Source: Edaphobacter aggregans
GTDB lineage: Bacteria > Acidobacteriota > Terriglobia > Terriglobales > Acidobacteriaceae
Reading direction: 5' to 3'
DNA length: 32,000 nt
NCBI RefSeq assembly: GCF_003945235.1
Contig: NZ_RSDW01000001.1
Coordinates: 5,130,001 to 5,162,000 of the forward strand
The notes below the pieces were generated by a model, which was not told where the DNA came from, did not search any database, and saw only the letters and a list, made by a program, of their open reading frames with translations. Below are positions 15,212 through 24,430 of this stretch, in pieces. Within the stretch, counting starts at the first letter, position 1, and each line of letters opens with the position of its first letter. Made by a program: the position numbers and the translations under genes.

Positions 15212-18200
15212 CGGCTATGTCGAACTGCATGGTCGCTCCGCATTCTCCTTCCTGGAAGGAGCCTCGATGCCGGAGGCAATGGCGCAACAGGCCGCCAACC
15301 TTAACATGCCAGCACTTGGCATCCTTGATCGGGACGGTCTCTATGGAGCGCCCCGTCTTTATATGAGTGCGAAGAAGCTTGGACTTCGCTCGCACATTGG
15401 GGCGGAGATCTCGGTTGCAGAGCTTAGCAGCCAGGTCCTTCCGGAGCTATGGCAACCGCACACGATTCCCGATCGACCGGTGCGACTTTCACTCTTATGT
15501 GAATCGCAGACAGGCTATCGCAATCTGTCTCAACTCATCACCGGCTACAAGCTCCAGCAGAAGACCAAAGGCGAGGGAATCGCCTCCCTCCGGTCGGTGC
15601 GGGAGAACGCCGAGGGGCTGGTCTGTCTCACAGGTGGAGACGAAGGACCATTAGCTGCCGCACTCGCGCGCGGTGGCATGGACGAGGGACGCCGCGTTGT
15701 GAAGTGTTTGGTACAGACCTTCGGACAAGACAATGTCTATGTCGAGCTGCAGCGGCATCGCATCCGCGAGCAGGAGGCCCGCAATCTGGCTGCGATTGCA
15801 TTGGCTCGTGAGCTGCACCTGCCATTGCTCGCGACAAACGGTGCAAACATGGCAACCTCGTTGGAACGGGAGGTTCTCGATGTGCTCACTTCGATTCGAC
15901 ACCGGACGTCGCTCGACGAAGCTGGGATGCTCTTGCAGCAAAATGCAAATCGTCACATGCGCGGCGCGGCCGAGATGAGAAACCTCTTTCGCGACCTGCC
16001 ATCGGCTGTCGCTGAAACGGTAGAGCTATCCTCGCGGTTGCAATTCGTCATGAAAGACATGGGCTATCAGTTCCCGCTCTATCCCATTCCGGAAGGCGAG
16101 ACGATGGACACCTTCTTGCACAAACGAACCATGGAAGGTGTCGCCAATCGCTATGGTTGTAAAGCCAGTGCGAAGTTGAGGCGAAAAGCCGACAAGCAGG
16201 TGGGAAAAGAGCTCGCGCTGATCGCGAAGTTGGGTCTTGCGGGGTACTTCCTTATCGTCTGGGACATCGTGGAGTTCTGTCGTAAAAATGGGATTCTGGT
16301 GCAGGGACGCGGCTCCGCAGCAAACTCTGCCGTCTGTTACTCGCTTGGAATTACCGCTGTGGACCCGGTCGGGATGGAACTGCTGTTCGAGCGTTTCCTT
16401 TCCGAGGTTCGGGGCGAGTGGCCGGACATCGACCTCGATCTTCCTTCAGGCGACGATCGCGAGAAGGCTATTCAGTACGTCTATGCCCGCTATGGACAGC
16501 TTGGCGCTGCCATGTGCGCGAATGTCATCACCTATCGTGGACGTTCAGCTGCTCGCGAAGTGGGCAAGTCGCTTGGCTTCGACGAAGACACCCTGACGCG
16601 GCTTACCCGGCTGGTCGGCTCCTGGGAGTGGAAGGGTCCAACGGACACGATGCAGAACCAGTTCCAGACTGCCGGCTTCGATCTCGCACATCCCCGCATC
16701 GCCAAGTATCTCGAACTCTCAATCCGGATGCTTGATCTGCCACGTCATCTGGGGCAGCACTCGGGTGGCATGATTATCGCGCAGGGCCAGCTTGCCTCAG
16801 TTGTTCCCATCGAACCCGCCAGCATGCCCGGACGCAACGTGATTCAGTGGGACAAGGAAGACTGCAGCGACATGGGCCTGATCAAGGTAGATCTGCTCGG
16901 GCTCGGCATGATGGCGGTGCTGAAGGACTGCACGGGGCTCATCCCTCAGCACTACGGAACGAAAGTGGACATCGCGCAGATCCCTCATGACGATGCCAAG
17001 GTCTATAAGACACTCCGTGAAGCCGATACGGTCGGACTATTTCAAGTGGAATCTCGCGCCCAGATGGCCTCGCTTCCGCGCAACAATCCTGACAAGTTCT
17101 ACGACCTGGTCGTTCAAGTCGCTATCATCCGTCCAGGACCGATCGTGGGTCAAATGATGAACCCCTACATGGAACGGCGGCAGGGAAGAGAGGAGATCCG
17201 GTACCCGCACCCTCTACTCGAACCCGTGCTGTACCGCACCCTGGGTGTTCCCCTTTTTCAGGAACAGCTCCTGCGGATTGCGATGATCATTGCGAACTTC
17301 ACTGGAGGCGAGGCGGAAGAGCTTCGCCGCGCTCTCGGCAGTCGCCGCTCAGCTGACAAGATGCGCGCTCTGGAACTGAAACTGCGTAACGGAATGGATC
17401 AGAATGGCGTCGGTGCCGCAGCGCAGGAAGAAATTATTCAGGCGATCAGCTCGTTCGCTCTTTATGGGTTCCCCGAATCACACGCTGCCAGCTTCGCGCT
17501 GATCGCGTATGCCAGCGCCTGGCTAAAGTTCCATTATCTTGCCGCCTTTACCGCCGCAATACTCAACAACCAGCCGATGGGGTTCTACTCGCCGGCTGTA
17601 CTTGTGAAAGATGCTCAGCGCCATGGACTGCGGGTCAAACCGGTGGATGTCCTCCGCTCCAACTGGTCTTGCACGCTGGAGAAAGAAGAGAACGGAACGT
17701 TCTCGCTCCGTCTTGGAGTTCGCTACGTGAGAGGTTTGCGGCAGGGAAGTGCGGCAGAACTCGAAGCAGCGCGTGAAATGCGGCCGTTCGCCTCGATTGA
17801 GGAATTAGCCCGTCGCGTCCCTTCGTTGACGCGAGCCGATCTCACGACTCTGGCCGAAGTAGGTGCATTGAACTCGATTGGCGAAGGAATTCATCGGAGG
17901 GACGCGCTCTGGCAGGTCGAACGGGCCGGCCGACGGCCAGGAGCGCTGCTGGCCGCACTTGATCGAGATGAGGAAGTTGTCTCCCCGCTGCGGCCAATGG
18001 AACCTCAAGAGCGAATGGTAGCTGACTACGCGTCAACCGGAGTGACGGTGGGACGACATCCAATGGCGCACTGCCGCCAGCAACTCCGCGCGATGAGAGT
18101 CGTCAGGGCAGGAGATCTTTCGCTGCTGCGACATGGTGTGAAAGCTCGCATTGCCGGCTGCGTGATTGCGCGGCAGCGTCCGGGCACGGCTCACGGCTTC

Positions 18201-18413
18201 ATTTTTCTTTCCATCGAAGACGAGACCGGCATCGCCAACGCTATCGTCGATCCTGAGCTTTACGAGCGATATCGGTCGCTCGTGACGTATTCCAAGTTCC
18301 TGCTCATCGAAGGTTCTCTCCAGAACGTCGATAAGGTAATTCACATCCGAGCTAGGCACATCGAGGAACTGAGTGTGACCGCAGCTCCCATGCAGTCACA
18401 TGACTTCCACTAA
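15204..18413 (+). CDS. dnaE2: Error-prone DNA polymerase DnaE2 (ImuC)
   Basis: MTDGYVELHGRSAFSFLEGAS (PHP domain start), Pol III alpha core motifs and the OB fold at the C-terminus. ATG at 15204 overlaps the imuB stop (ATGACTGA). The ORF-track start at 15078 lies inside imuB. Confidence 0.95.
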   Translation: MTDGYVELHGRSAFSFLEGASMPEAMAQQAANLNMPALGILDRDGLYGAPRLYMSAKKLGLRSHIGAEISVAELSSQVLPELWQPHTIPDRPVRLSLLCESQTGYRNLSQLITGYKLQQKTKGEGIASLRSVRENAEGLVCLTGGDEGPLAAALARGGMDEGRRVVKCLVQTFGQDNVYVELQRHRIREQEARNLAAIALARELHLPLLATNGANMATSLEREVLDVLTSIRHRTSLDEAGMLLQQNANRHMRGAAEMRNLFRDLPSAVAETVELSSRLQFVMKDMGYQFPLYPIPEGETMDTFLHKRTMEGVANRYGCKASAKLRRKADKQVGKELALIAKLGLAGYFLIVWDIVEFCRKNGILVQGRGSAANSAVCYSLGITAVDPVGMELLFERFLSEVRGEWPDIDLDLPSGDDREKAIQYVYARYGQLGAAMCANVITYRGRSAAREVGKSLGFDEDTLTRLTRLVGSWEWKGPTDTMQNQFQTAGFDLAHPRIAKYLELSIRMLDLPRHLGQHSGGMIIAQGQLASVVPIEPASMPGRNVIQWDKEDCSDMGLIKVDLLGLGMMAVLKDCTGLIPQHYGTKVDIAQIPHDDAKVYKTLREADTVGLFQVESRAQMASLPRNNPDKFYDLVVQVAIIRPGPIVGQMMNPYMERRQGREEIRYPHPLLEPVLYRTLGVPLFQEQLLRIAMIIANFTGGEAEELRRALGSRRSADKMRALELKLRNGMDQNGVGAAAQEEIIQAISSFALYGFPESHAASFALIAYASAWLKFHYLAAFTAAILNNQPMGFYSPAVLVKDAQRHGLRVKPVDVLRSNWSCTLEKEENGTFSLRLGVRYVRGLRQGSAAELEAAREMRPFASIEELARRVPSLTRADLTTLAEVGALNSIGEGIHRRDALWQVERAGRRPGALLAALDRDEEVVSPLRPMEPQERMVADYASTGVTVGRHPMAHCRQQLRAMRVVRAGDLSLLRHGVKARIAGCVIARQRPGTAHGFIFLSIEDETGIANAIVDPELYERYRSLVTYSKFLLIEGSLQNVDKVIHIRARHIEELSVTAAPMQSHDFH

Positions 18414-18622
18414 TGAGTGACCACATGACATCGCCGGGAGAACGCGAACCACCCAAAGATTGGTGGCTGGAGAACGCCTGCCGCATCGCGGCCTTTCGAC
18501 TGCGGCAGTCTCAGTATCTCAGCGCGAATACATTCCCGATTCGCGAACAGGTGAAGGATAGCGTCGAGTTTGTGCGGTTGGTGTGGGAAGAGATCGAACG
18601 GTCGCTCGAGGAAGAGCCATGA
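18413..18622 (+). CDS. Small hypothetical ORF (69 aa) coupled to the dnaE2 stop
   Basis: The ATG overlaps the dnaE2 TAA (TAATG). Codon usage is GC3-rich like its neighbours. Protein MSDHMTSPGEREPPKDWWLENACRIAAFRLRQ...EEIERSLEEEP has no recognised family. Confidence 0.35.
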   Translation: MSDHMTSPGEREPPKDWWLENACRIAAFRLRQSQYLSANTFPIREQVKDSVEFVRLVWEEIERSLEEEP

Positions 18623-18959
18623 TTACACGACGGAGCGACTGCGCCACAGAGCGAATATCTAACAACACTATGGAAGAGATAAGACCTGTGCCGAACTCAG
18701 GATTCAGCCATTGCAGGTTACGCTACCTTGCCGATCATCGCAATGATCTTGCAGCTCAACCGGGTTCCGCCCCTGCCGCGCTTCGGTCCGCTAATGTTGA
18801 GAGCGGTCAGTGAAATTAGCGCAGCACAGAGGCCTTGTCTAAGATCGCGGATCGGCAGACAATGCGAACTGGAGATGCAACTGACCCGGGCTACTGCCAA
18901 TCCAATATCGCCGCCTCGACTCTGAACGGTGCAGCAGAGTACCCGGACAGCCAATATCC

Positions 18960-19784
18960 TTAGCCCTTGAGGAACGCCAGCAGATCCGCATTGATCTTTT
19001 CCGCATGCGTCGTGGGCATGCCGTGCGGGAAGTCCTTGTACGTTATCAAGGTTCCGTTCTTCAACAGCTTGGCGGACAGCGGCCCCGCGGCAACATAGGG
19101 AACGATCTGGTCGTCTTCGCTATGCATCACCAGCACCGGAACACTGATTTTCTTCAGGTCTTCCGTGAAATCGGTTTGGGAAAAGGCCACGATGCCGTCA
19201 TAATGCGCCTTGGCACCCCCCATCATGCCTTGGCGCCACCAATTTTGGATGACGGCCTCCGAGGCTTTCGAGCCCGGTCGGTTGTAGCCATAGAAAGGTC
19301 CGGCTGGCACGTCGCGATAGAACTGTGAGCGATTGGCTGCGAGTTGCGCCTGCAGATCATCAAACGCGGACTTGGGTAGGCCAAGCGGGTTGGCCGCCGT
19401 CTTCACCATCAGCGGCGGCACCGCGCTAATCAGGGCAGCCTTAGCGACGCCCTTTTCGCCATGACGAGCCAGATAGTGCGTTACCTCACCGCCGCCGGTT
19501 GAATGGCCGACATGGATGACATCCTTCAGGTTGAGATGAGCCATAAGAGCGGCCAGGTCGTCAGCGTAATGGTCCATATCGTGGCCGTCGCCAGTCTGAG
19601 TAGAGCGTCCATGGCCACGGCGGTCATGGGCGATCACACGATAGCCACGATGCAGGAAGAACAGCATCTGCGCGTCCCAATCATCGGCCGAAAGCGGCCA
19701 GCCATGGCTGAACACAATCGGTTGACCTTTACCCCAGTCTTTGTAGTAGATCGTGACGCCATCCTTTGTCGTGATCGTGTCCAT
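18960..19784 (-). CDS. Alpha/beta hydrolase of the non-heme chloroperoxidase/arylesterase type
   Basis: [39 protein letters not shown]...[10 protein letters not shown] (GxSxG nucleophile elbow). GGAGGAG upstream of the ATG at 19784. Confidence 0.85.
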   Translation of the reverse strand: MDTITTKDGVTIYYKDWGKGQPIVFSHGWPLSADDWDAQMLFFLHRGYRVIAHDRRGHGRSTQTGDGHDMDHYADDLAALMAHLNLKDVIHVGHSTGGGEVTHYLARHGEKGVAKAALISAVPPLMVKTAANPLGLPKSAFDDLQAQLAANRSQFYRDVPAGPFYGYNRPGSKASEAVIQNWWRQGMMGGAKAHYDGIVAFSQTDFTEDLKKISVPVLVMHSEDDQIVPYVAAGPLSAKLLKNGTLITYKDFPHGMPTTHAEKINADLLAFLKG

Positions 19785-19996
19785 CTTCTCCTCCTGGCTG
19801 TGGCATTTGCTTCGAACTGCGCACCCCGCTGTTCGCGGCAGAAGAGACAGGCTTCTTTCTGCGATGCGCACTTCGGTTTCCGTCTCCTGGCGGCAGTGCA
19901 CCGCGGCACTTGAATTAAACCTACTCGCGGGGATAGTTTTTCGGAAGCGCTAGCATGCTTATATCAATTGCGCGAACCCGATGCCAGAGGTCCCAT

Positions 19997-21019
19997 ATGA
20001 CATTTTCAGAGGTAAAACAGACAGTCGTCCCAACGAGGATCGGCGCTGAAATCGGCATACTGGTGTATCCAAACTCACAGGCCGCAGCCGTTCATGGACT
20101 AACGGACCTGTTTTGCGCCGCGAATTCCATTCACCGCGCGCGGGGCGGGTCGCCTCGCAGCGAGATTTCGGTCAGCCACTGGAAGCTCAACGAAGACTCG
20201 GGTCGCATCCGACGAATCTACACCACGCACTCCGGCCGCACCCAAAAGCTCGCGGTTGTCATTCTTCCGCCGAGCATGGGGGTTCCCAGCGGCAGTAATG
20301 CTAAACGGGAGCGACTTTGTCGTTGGCTGAAAGCGAGGTACGCCGATGGTACAGCACTCTGTTCAGTGTGCGCGGGAGCCTTTCTTCTAGCGGAAACAGG
20401 TTTGTTGGATGGGCGAACAGCTACGACACATTGGTCTCACGCAGAAGAAATGGAACGCCGATTTCCGAAGATCAAGATTGAGACACAAAAGCTGCTCATC
20501 GACCATGGTGACATTTTCACTGCCGGGGGAGTTATGGCGTGGCTCGATCTGGGCCTTCGATGGATTGAGAAGCTGATGAGCCCAACGGTGATGCTGGGGG
20601 CGGCACGCTTCTTCGTTATAGACCCGCCGCGTAGCGAGCAACGCATATATGCCATTTTCTCTCCGAACCTGCTTCACGGTGACGCCAAAATTCTGCAGCT
20701 TCAGCACTGGATCCACGCCAATTACTCCGAAGAGCTGTGCGTTGCGATGATGGCCAGGTTTGCCGCGATGGGAGAGCGCACTCTGCTTCGTAGGTTCCAT
20801 CGGGCAACCGGTCTAAAGCCGAGCGAATACTTCCAGAATGTTCGAGTAAGCAGGGCACAAGAGGCGCTTGAGTTTTCAACTCATACCGTAGAAGAGATCA
20901 CCACCATGGTCGGATACCGGGACAACAGTGCATTTCGTCATATGTTCAAGAAAGTTGTAGGGTTGACTCCCACTGAGTATCGGAGTCGCTTCGGACTTGT
21001 AGGGACGCATCGTAGGTAG
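19997..21019 (+). CDS. GlxA-family transcriptional regulator (DJ-1/PfpI-like domain plus AraC-type HTH)
   Basis: LCSVCAGAFLLAETGLLDGRTATTHW (DJ-1-like) and a C-terminal AraC HTH (...TTMVGYRDNSAFRHMFKKVVGLTPTEYR). ATG at 19997 has GAGG upstream. An alternative ATG lies at 19955. Confidence 0.85.
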   Translation: MTFSEVKQTVVPTRIGAEIGILVYPNSQAAAVHGLTDLFCAANSIHRARGGSPRSEISVSHWKLNEDSGRIRRIYTTHSGRTQKLAVVILPPSMGVPSGSNAKRERLCRWLKARYADGTALCSVCAGAFLLAETGLLDGRTATTHWSHAEEMERRFPKIKIETQKLLIDHGDIFTAGGVMAWLDLGLRWIEKLMSPTVMLGAARFFVIDPPRSEQRIYAIFSPNLLHGDAKILQLQHWIHANYSEELCVAMMARFAAMGERTLLRRFHRATGLKPSEYFQNVRVSRAQEALEFSTHTVEEITTMVGYRDNSAFRHMFKKVVGLTPTEYRSRFGLVGTHRR

Positions 21020-21170
21020 ATGCGCCAGAAAATTCCAAAGCTGGTGCCTTAATTGTTCCGGCGAGATAGCCCTTTCCCAGAGGGCTGTAAGGAAGGGAAG
21101 ACTAAAAATAATCACACCCGCCTGTTGAACTACCATGTGCTGTTGTGGATTTCGTGGAATGGAGGACTTC

Positions 21171-21565
21171 ATGAAAGCAGCTTGGTACGAAAAGCAGGGA
21201 CCCGCGCGGGAGGTTCTCACCGTCGGCGAAATGCCGGATCCGGCTCCGGGACCAGGCGAACTTCGCATTCACATCGCCACCTCGGGATCAACCTAGGGGA
21301 CATCAGGAAGCGTCAGGACGACTTTGGAGTTGGTATGCCGTATCCTCGCGTCATTCCGCACAGCGATGGCGCCGGACAAGTAGATCTGGTGGGCGACGGT
21401 GTTGCTCGGGATTGGTTGGGGAAATCAGTATGGTGCTATGGCGCCCAATCCTATCGCCCGTTTGGCACCGTCGCTGAATTCACAGTCGTCCCCGCAGCGC
21501 AAGCCGTTCCCCTACCCGCAAACGTGACCATGGAGCAAGGCGCATGCCTCGGCATTCCCGGCATG
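21171..21565 (+). pseudogene. NADPH:quinone oxidoreductase / zinc-type alcohol dehydrogenase-like gene, frameshifted and 3'-truncated
   Basis: Strong SD (GGAGG), then MKAAWYEKQGPAREVLTVGEMPDPAPGPGELRIHIATSG, then a stop at 21294. Homology continues in the -1 frame (INLGDIRKRQ...RVIPHSDGAGQVDLVGDGV...TMEQGACLGIPGM), implying a 1-nt deletion near 21286. No Rossmann GxGxxG part follows ~21565. Confidence 0.7.
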
Positions 21566-21716
21566 GGATTCAATCTGTCGCAGTTATTTTGTCCTGACTG
21601 GAGCGGAAGCGTCGTGACTGCGATGTGCAACATGCAATTTGTCTTGCCAAAAAATCTACCACGCTTCTGCACTACCCGCGGAGCGGGTCTAGGGGTGTGC
21701 CGGGCATGTTCAATAG

Positions 21717-22046
21717 CTAGGAGTGTGTCGGGGATAGCGGCAAGCGTATACGAGGGAAGCTGAGTTTTGGCGGAAGCTGGGTGTGTTTTCCTGGCCGCAT
21801 GGGGTTGGGGGCGCCTTGGGGTCTCAGGCGGCTAATCGGAGTCCATGCGAAGCGAAACAGCTTCAGCAGATTGTGTGTGAGGCAGATCAGCTTCCACTCT
21901 GCCTGCACGTTGACCCGTCCGCGGAAGCTGAAGCGGCGGAAGCCTCTGCGTTCCTTGATCTGTCCGAAGACCGGCTCAACGATCTCGTCGTCGATGCGCG
22001 TTCGATGAACAAGAGCGTTACACCAGGATCGAAGTTGGGCGATCAT
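21717..22046 (-). pseudogene. C-terminal fragment of an IS1182/IS5-like DDE transposase
   Basis: ...DDEIVEPVFGQIKERRGFRRFSFRGRVNVQAEWKLICLTHNLLKLFR matches the conserved C-terminal end of IS1182-type transposases. The N-terminal ~350 aa are missing. Confidence 0.6.
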
Positions 22047-22384
22047 ATCTGCTCCGGGGTTGCGCTAAGGATGGCATTGACGACATCGGTCATTTGCGAC
22101 CACTTCTCCGCCTCGGATTTAAGCTGGCGACTGCCCGCCGGGGTGAGTTGATAGAACTTGGCTTTGCGGTTGTTTTCGGATTCTCCCCACTCGCCTTTGA
22201 TCCACCCCTTATGCTCGATCCGATAGAGAGCTATATAGAAGGAACCTTGAGGGATCTCAAGTCGTCCTCCAGAGATCTGCTGGATGCGTAGCAGGATGCC
22301 GTACCCGTGGAGAGGGCCGAGCGATACTGCCTTGAGAATCAATATCTCGAGTGTTCCCTGGAGCAGGTCGACCTGTTTGCCCAT
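22043..22384 (-). CDS. PadR-family transcriptional regulator
   Basis: MGKQVDLLQGTLEILILKAVSLGPLHGYGILLRIQQISGGRLEIPQGSFYIALYRIEHKGWIKGEWGESENNRKAKFYQLTPAG is a classic PadR winged helix. ATG at 22384 with GGAGAG upstream. Confidence 0.9.
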   Translation of the reverse strand: MGKQVDLLQGTLEILILKAVSLGPLHGYGILLRIQQISGGRLEIPQGSFYIALYRIEHKGWIKGEWGESENNRKAKFYQLTPAGSRQLKSEAEKWSQMTDVVNAILSATPEQI

Positions 22385-22425
22385 AAATGTGTACTCTCCT
22401 ATTTGAGATAGGAGAGTACACATTG
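22385..22425. promoter_or_regulatory. Perfect 18-bp inverted repeat (5-bp spacer) abutting the padR start codon; candidate operator and/or SD-sequestering hairpin
   Basis: aaatgtgtactctcctat-ttgag-ataggagagtacacattt. The padR SD (GGAGAG) lies inside one arm. Confidence 0.6.
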
Positions 22426-22585
22426 CGCCCTCGACTCGTCAAGGAATTCTTCGAAAGAGAAGACTACGAAACAGCCAGATGGCAGCTAACATCGTACCTA
22501 TCTGTGATCACACAGTTTCAAGTTTCTGCTCTCCGTGGTTGCACATTGTCCGTCAGACTAGGCGCTTGTAGAACACACCGTTCGC

Positions 22586-23887
22586 TCAGTTGATCATCGA
22601 CGATGGAGGTACCGATGGTTCCAACTGAACCACTTTGACAACAGCCGCCCTCCGTTTGAGCCGTCGTCGGTTGGTCGCGCTGATGGTGGGTTTTGATTGC
22701 TCCACAGGCCACGCGTTGCGAACACTCTGCTGAAGCTGAATCTGGCGAGCTTTGACCCAGGGAGAGTAGTGCTTTTCGGTGATCTTTACGCTGGCGTGGC
22801 CGAGCAGGATCGAAACCTGATCGATCGGTACGCCCGCCAGCAGCATTTCTACCGCGAACGTGTCTCGGAACATATGTGGGTGGCAGCGTTTCGGGGACCC
22901 GTCCGGTCTTCTTATGTCCGCCAAGGTGAAAAGCCTGCGAAAACTTCTCTGCCAATTGGCGACAGCACTCTTTGCTAAACCGTTTCCGCTCCAAAAAAAG
23001 TAGCGCGGATTCGGCTTCGGGCCTGGCGGTAGCGCTCTCAAGGATTCGACCAAGAAGGAGGGAAGCGGAACGTAGACAGGCGTACCGGTCTTCGCTTGGT
23101 AGAGCAATAGGCTGTCGCCGTGAAGTCGCGTCTTCTCGAGTGTGACCGCGTCCCGAATGCGGAGACCGCTCCAGCGCATGAGCAATGTCATAATGCGAAG
23201 TCGAGTGCTGTTGGTGTTCCCGATTTCGCCGCGATTCTCACGATAGGCATAAGTTGCGTCCACGATCTTGTCGAATTCGTGAGGTGGAAAATAGTCCGTT
23301 GGCGTTTGATCGACCTTGATCTTTCCTAAACCAAACGTCGGATTCTCGGTGATGTAGCGACGACGGACGCATGCCCAGAAAAAGCCGATGAGGCGCTCCT
23401 GCTTCTTGCGCTTCGCAAGGGGGCCATCGATCCAGGTATCCCGGAAGGTGAGCAGCGCATCCAGATCGACCTCATCGAGGAACTTGTAGCCCTGTGAGCT
23501 GCACCAGGCTAAAAATTGCTTGCGGAATATTCCCTCTAGTTTCGAGAGCGTGGAGGATTCAAGTCCTCGGGATCTCGCGGCACTCAGGTAAGCCTCTACT
23601 GCTGTCTCAACCGTGACCCGGGCTTTCTTCTGATCGCGATGGTGGCCGGTTGGAGCTCTATCAGAGATGCGGACGGATTCGTAAGCCTGAACAGGTGTGG
23701 GGATGGAGACCCCCTCCAGCAGCCGGCGATACTCCTCAGCTTTTTCCCAGCTCCGGGTCTTCGCGCTCTTCCGGATCAACTCACCGTCATGGGTGCCTGA
23801 GATCCATTTGGGACAGCGACAGCGGCGCCAGTCTTTGTCCTTGGCCTTGGCGCAGTCGGCGGCGTGGCGGGTGTAAACAGAGAGCAT
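22586..23887 (-). CDS. Tyrosine-type site-specific integrase (phage/island integrase)
   Basis: The catalytic signature is present: ...SGLRIRDAVTL..., HPHMFRDTFA, LLGHASVKITEKHY. ATG at 23887 with GGAGG upstream. It lies directly 3' of ssrA. Confidence 0.9.
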   Translation of the reverse strand: MLSVYTRHAADCAKAKDKDWRRCRCPKWISGTHDGELIRKSAKTRSWEKAEEYRRLLEGVSIPTPVQAYESVRISDRAPTGHHRDQKKARVTVETAVEAYLSAARSRGLESSTLSKLEGIFRKQFLAWCSSQGYKFLDEVDLDALLTFRDTWIDGPLAKRKKQERLIGFFWACVRRRYITENPTFGLGKIKVDQTPTDYFPPHEFDKIVDATYAYRENRGEIGNTNSTRLRIMTLLMRWSGLRIRDAVTLEKTRLHGDSLLLYQAKTGTPVYVPLPSFLVESLRALPPGPKPNPRYFFWSGNGLAKSAVANWQRSFRRLFTLADIRRPDGSPKRCHPHMFRDTFAVEMLLAGVPIDQVSILLGHASVKITEKHYSPWVKARQIQLQQSVRNAWPVEQSKPTISATNRRRLKRRAAVVKVVQLEPSVPPSSMIN

Positions 23888-23998
23888 CGGACCTCCGGCA
23901 ACTCGGTCCAAGAGTGGGCTGAGTTGAGTTGATTGTACAAAATTTGTACAAATCCGGAGAGTAGCTTAGTAAGTTGCTAAAACTAAACAACTTAGAAA

Positions 23999-24352
23999 TG
24001 GTGGAGGCGGCGGGAGTCGAACCCGCGTCCGAAAAAACTTCCAACAGAGAGCTTTCATGCTTTTTCCGGTTCATTTTTGTCTCGTCACCGGTGCTTAGAA
24101 CGGACGAAGATGCGACGGCGACCAGTCTGATCAGTCTCGTCCGACCCGCTCAGACGGAGCAGGGAAGACCAGCCTACTGTGCGACGATCGGTACGGGCCC
24201 GTAGGCGAAGCCCGAGCGATCGGCTACTTAGTTAATTAAGCAGCAAGAGCCAGGTTGTTATCGGCACTTATAGTTTTGTGAGCGATTACGGGTGTCCACA
24301 CCCCGGCATGCCTCTCTGCCACAAGCAATCCCGTCGAAGCCGTGACGCCCCC
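23999..24352 (-). ncRNA. ssrA: tmRNA (SsrA)
   Basis: The 5' end GGGGGCGTCACGGCTTCGACGGG pairs with the 3' end ...GGACGCGGGTTCGACTCCCGCCGCCTCCACCA (acceptor stem with a G3-U pair, T-arm, CCA). The internal tag ORF GCC GAT AAC AAC CTG GCT CTT GCT GCT TAA encodes ADNNLALAA (resume-codon assignment tentative). Confidence 0.92.
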
Positions 24353-24430
24353 ATCTGGAGCTGGCACCAACCTTGCGTTGGGCACTCAAAGAACTGTTCT
24401 CAGTATACAGTGACCCATTCCTATCGGGGT

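Noticed and set aside
14605-15395. Minus-strand ORFs 14605-15279, 14931-15395 and 14936-15202
   Set aside because: They overlap the well-supported imuB and dnaE2 genes on the opposite strand. The R/S/P-rich composition is typical of antisense frames in high-GC DNA.
18912-18925. Possible distal att site: a 9-nt match (cgccgcctc) to the tmRNA 3' end
   Set aside because: The match is in the opposite orientation to ssrA, so it cannot be a direct repeat, and it is short enough to occur by chance in 32 kb of GC-rich sequence. The similar near-matches at 8721-8731 and 13751-13762 lie inside conserved coding sequence.
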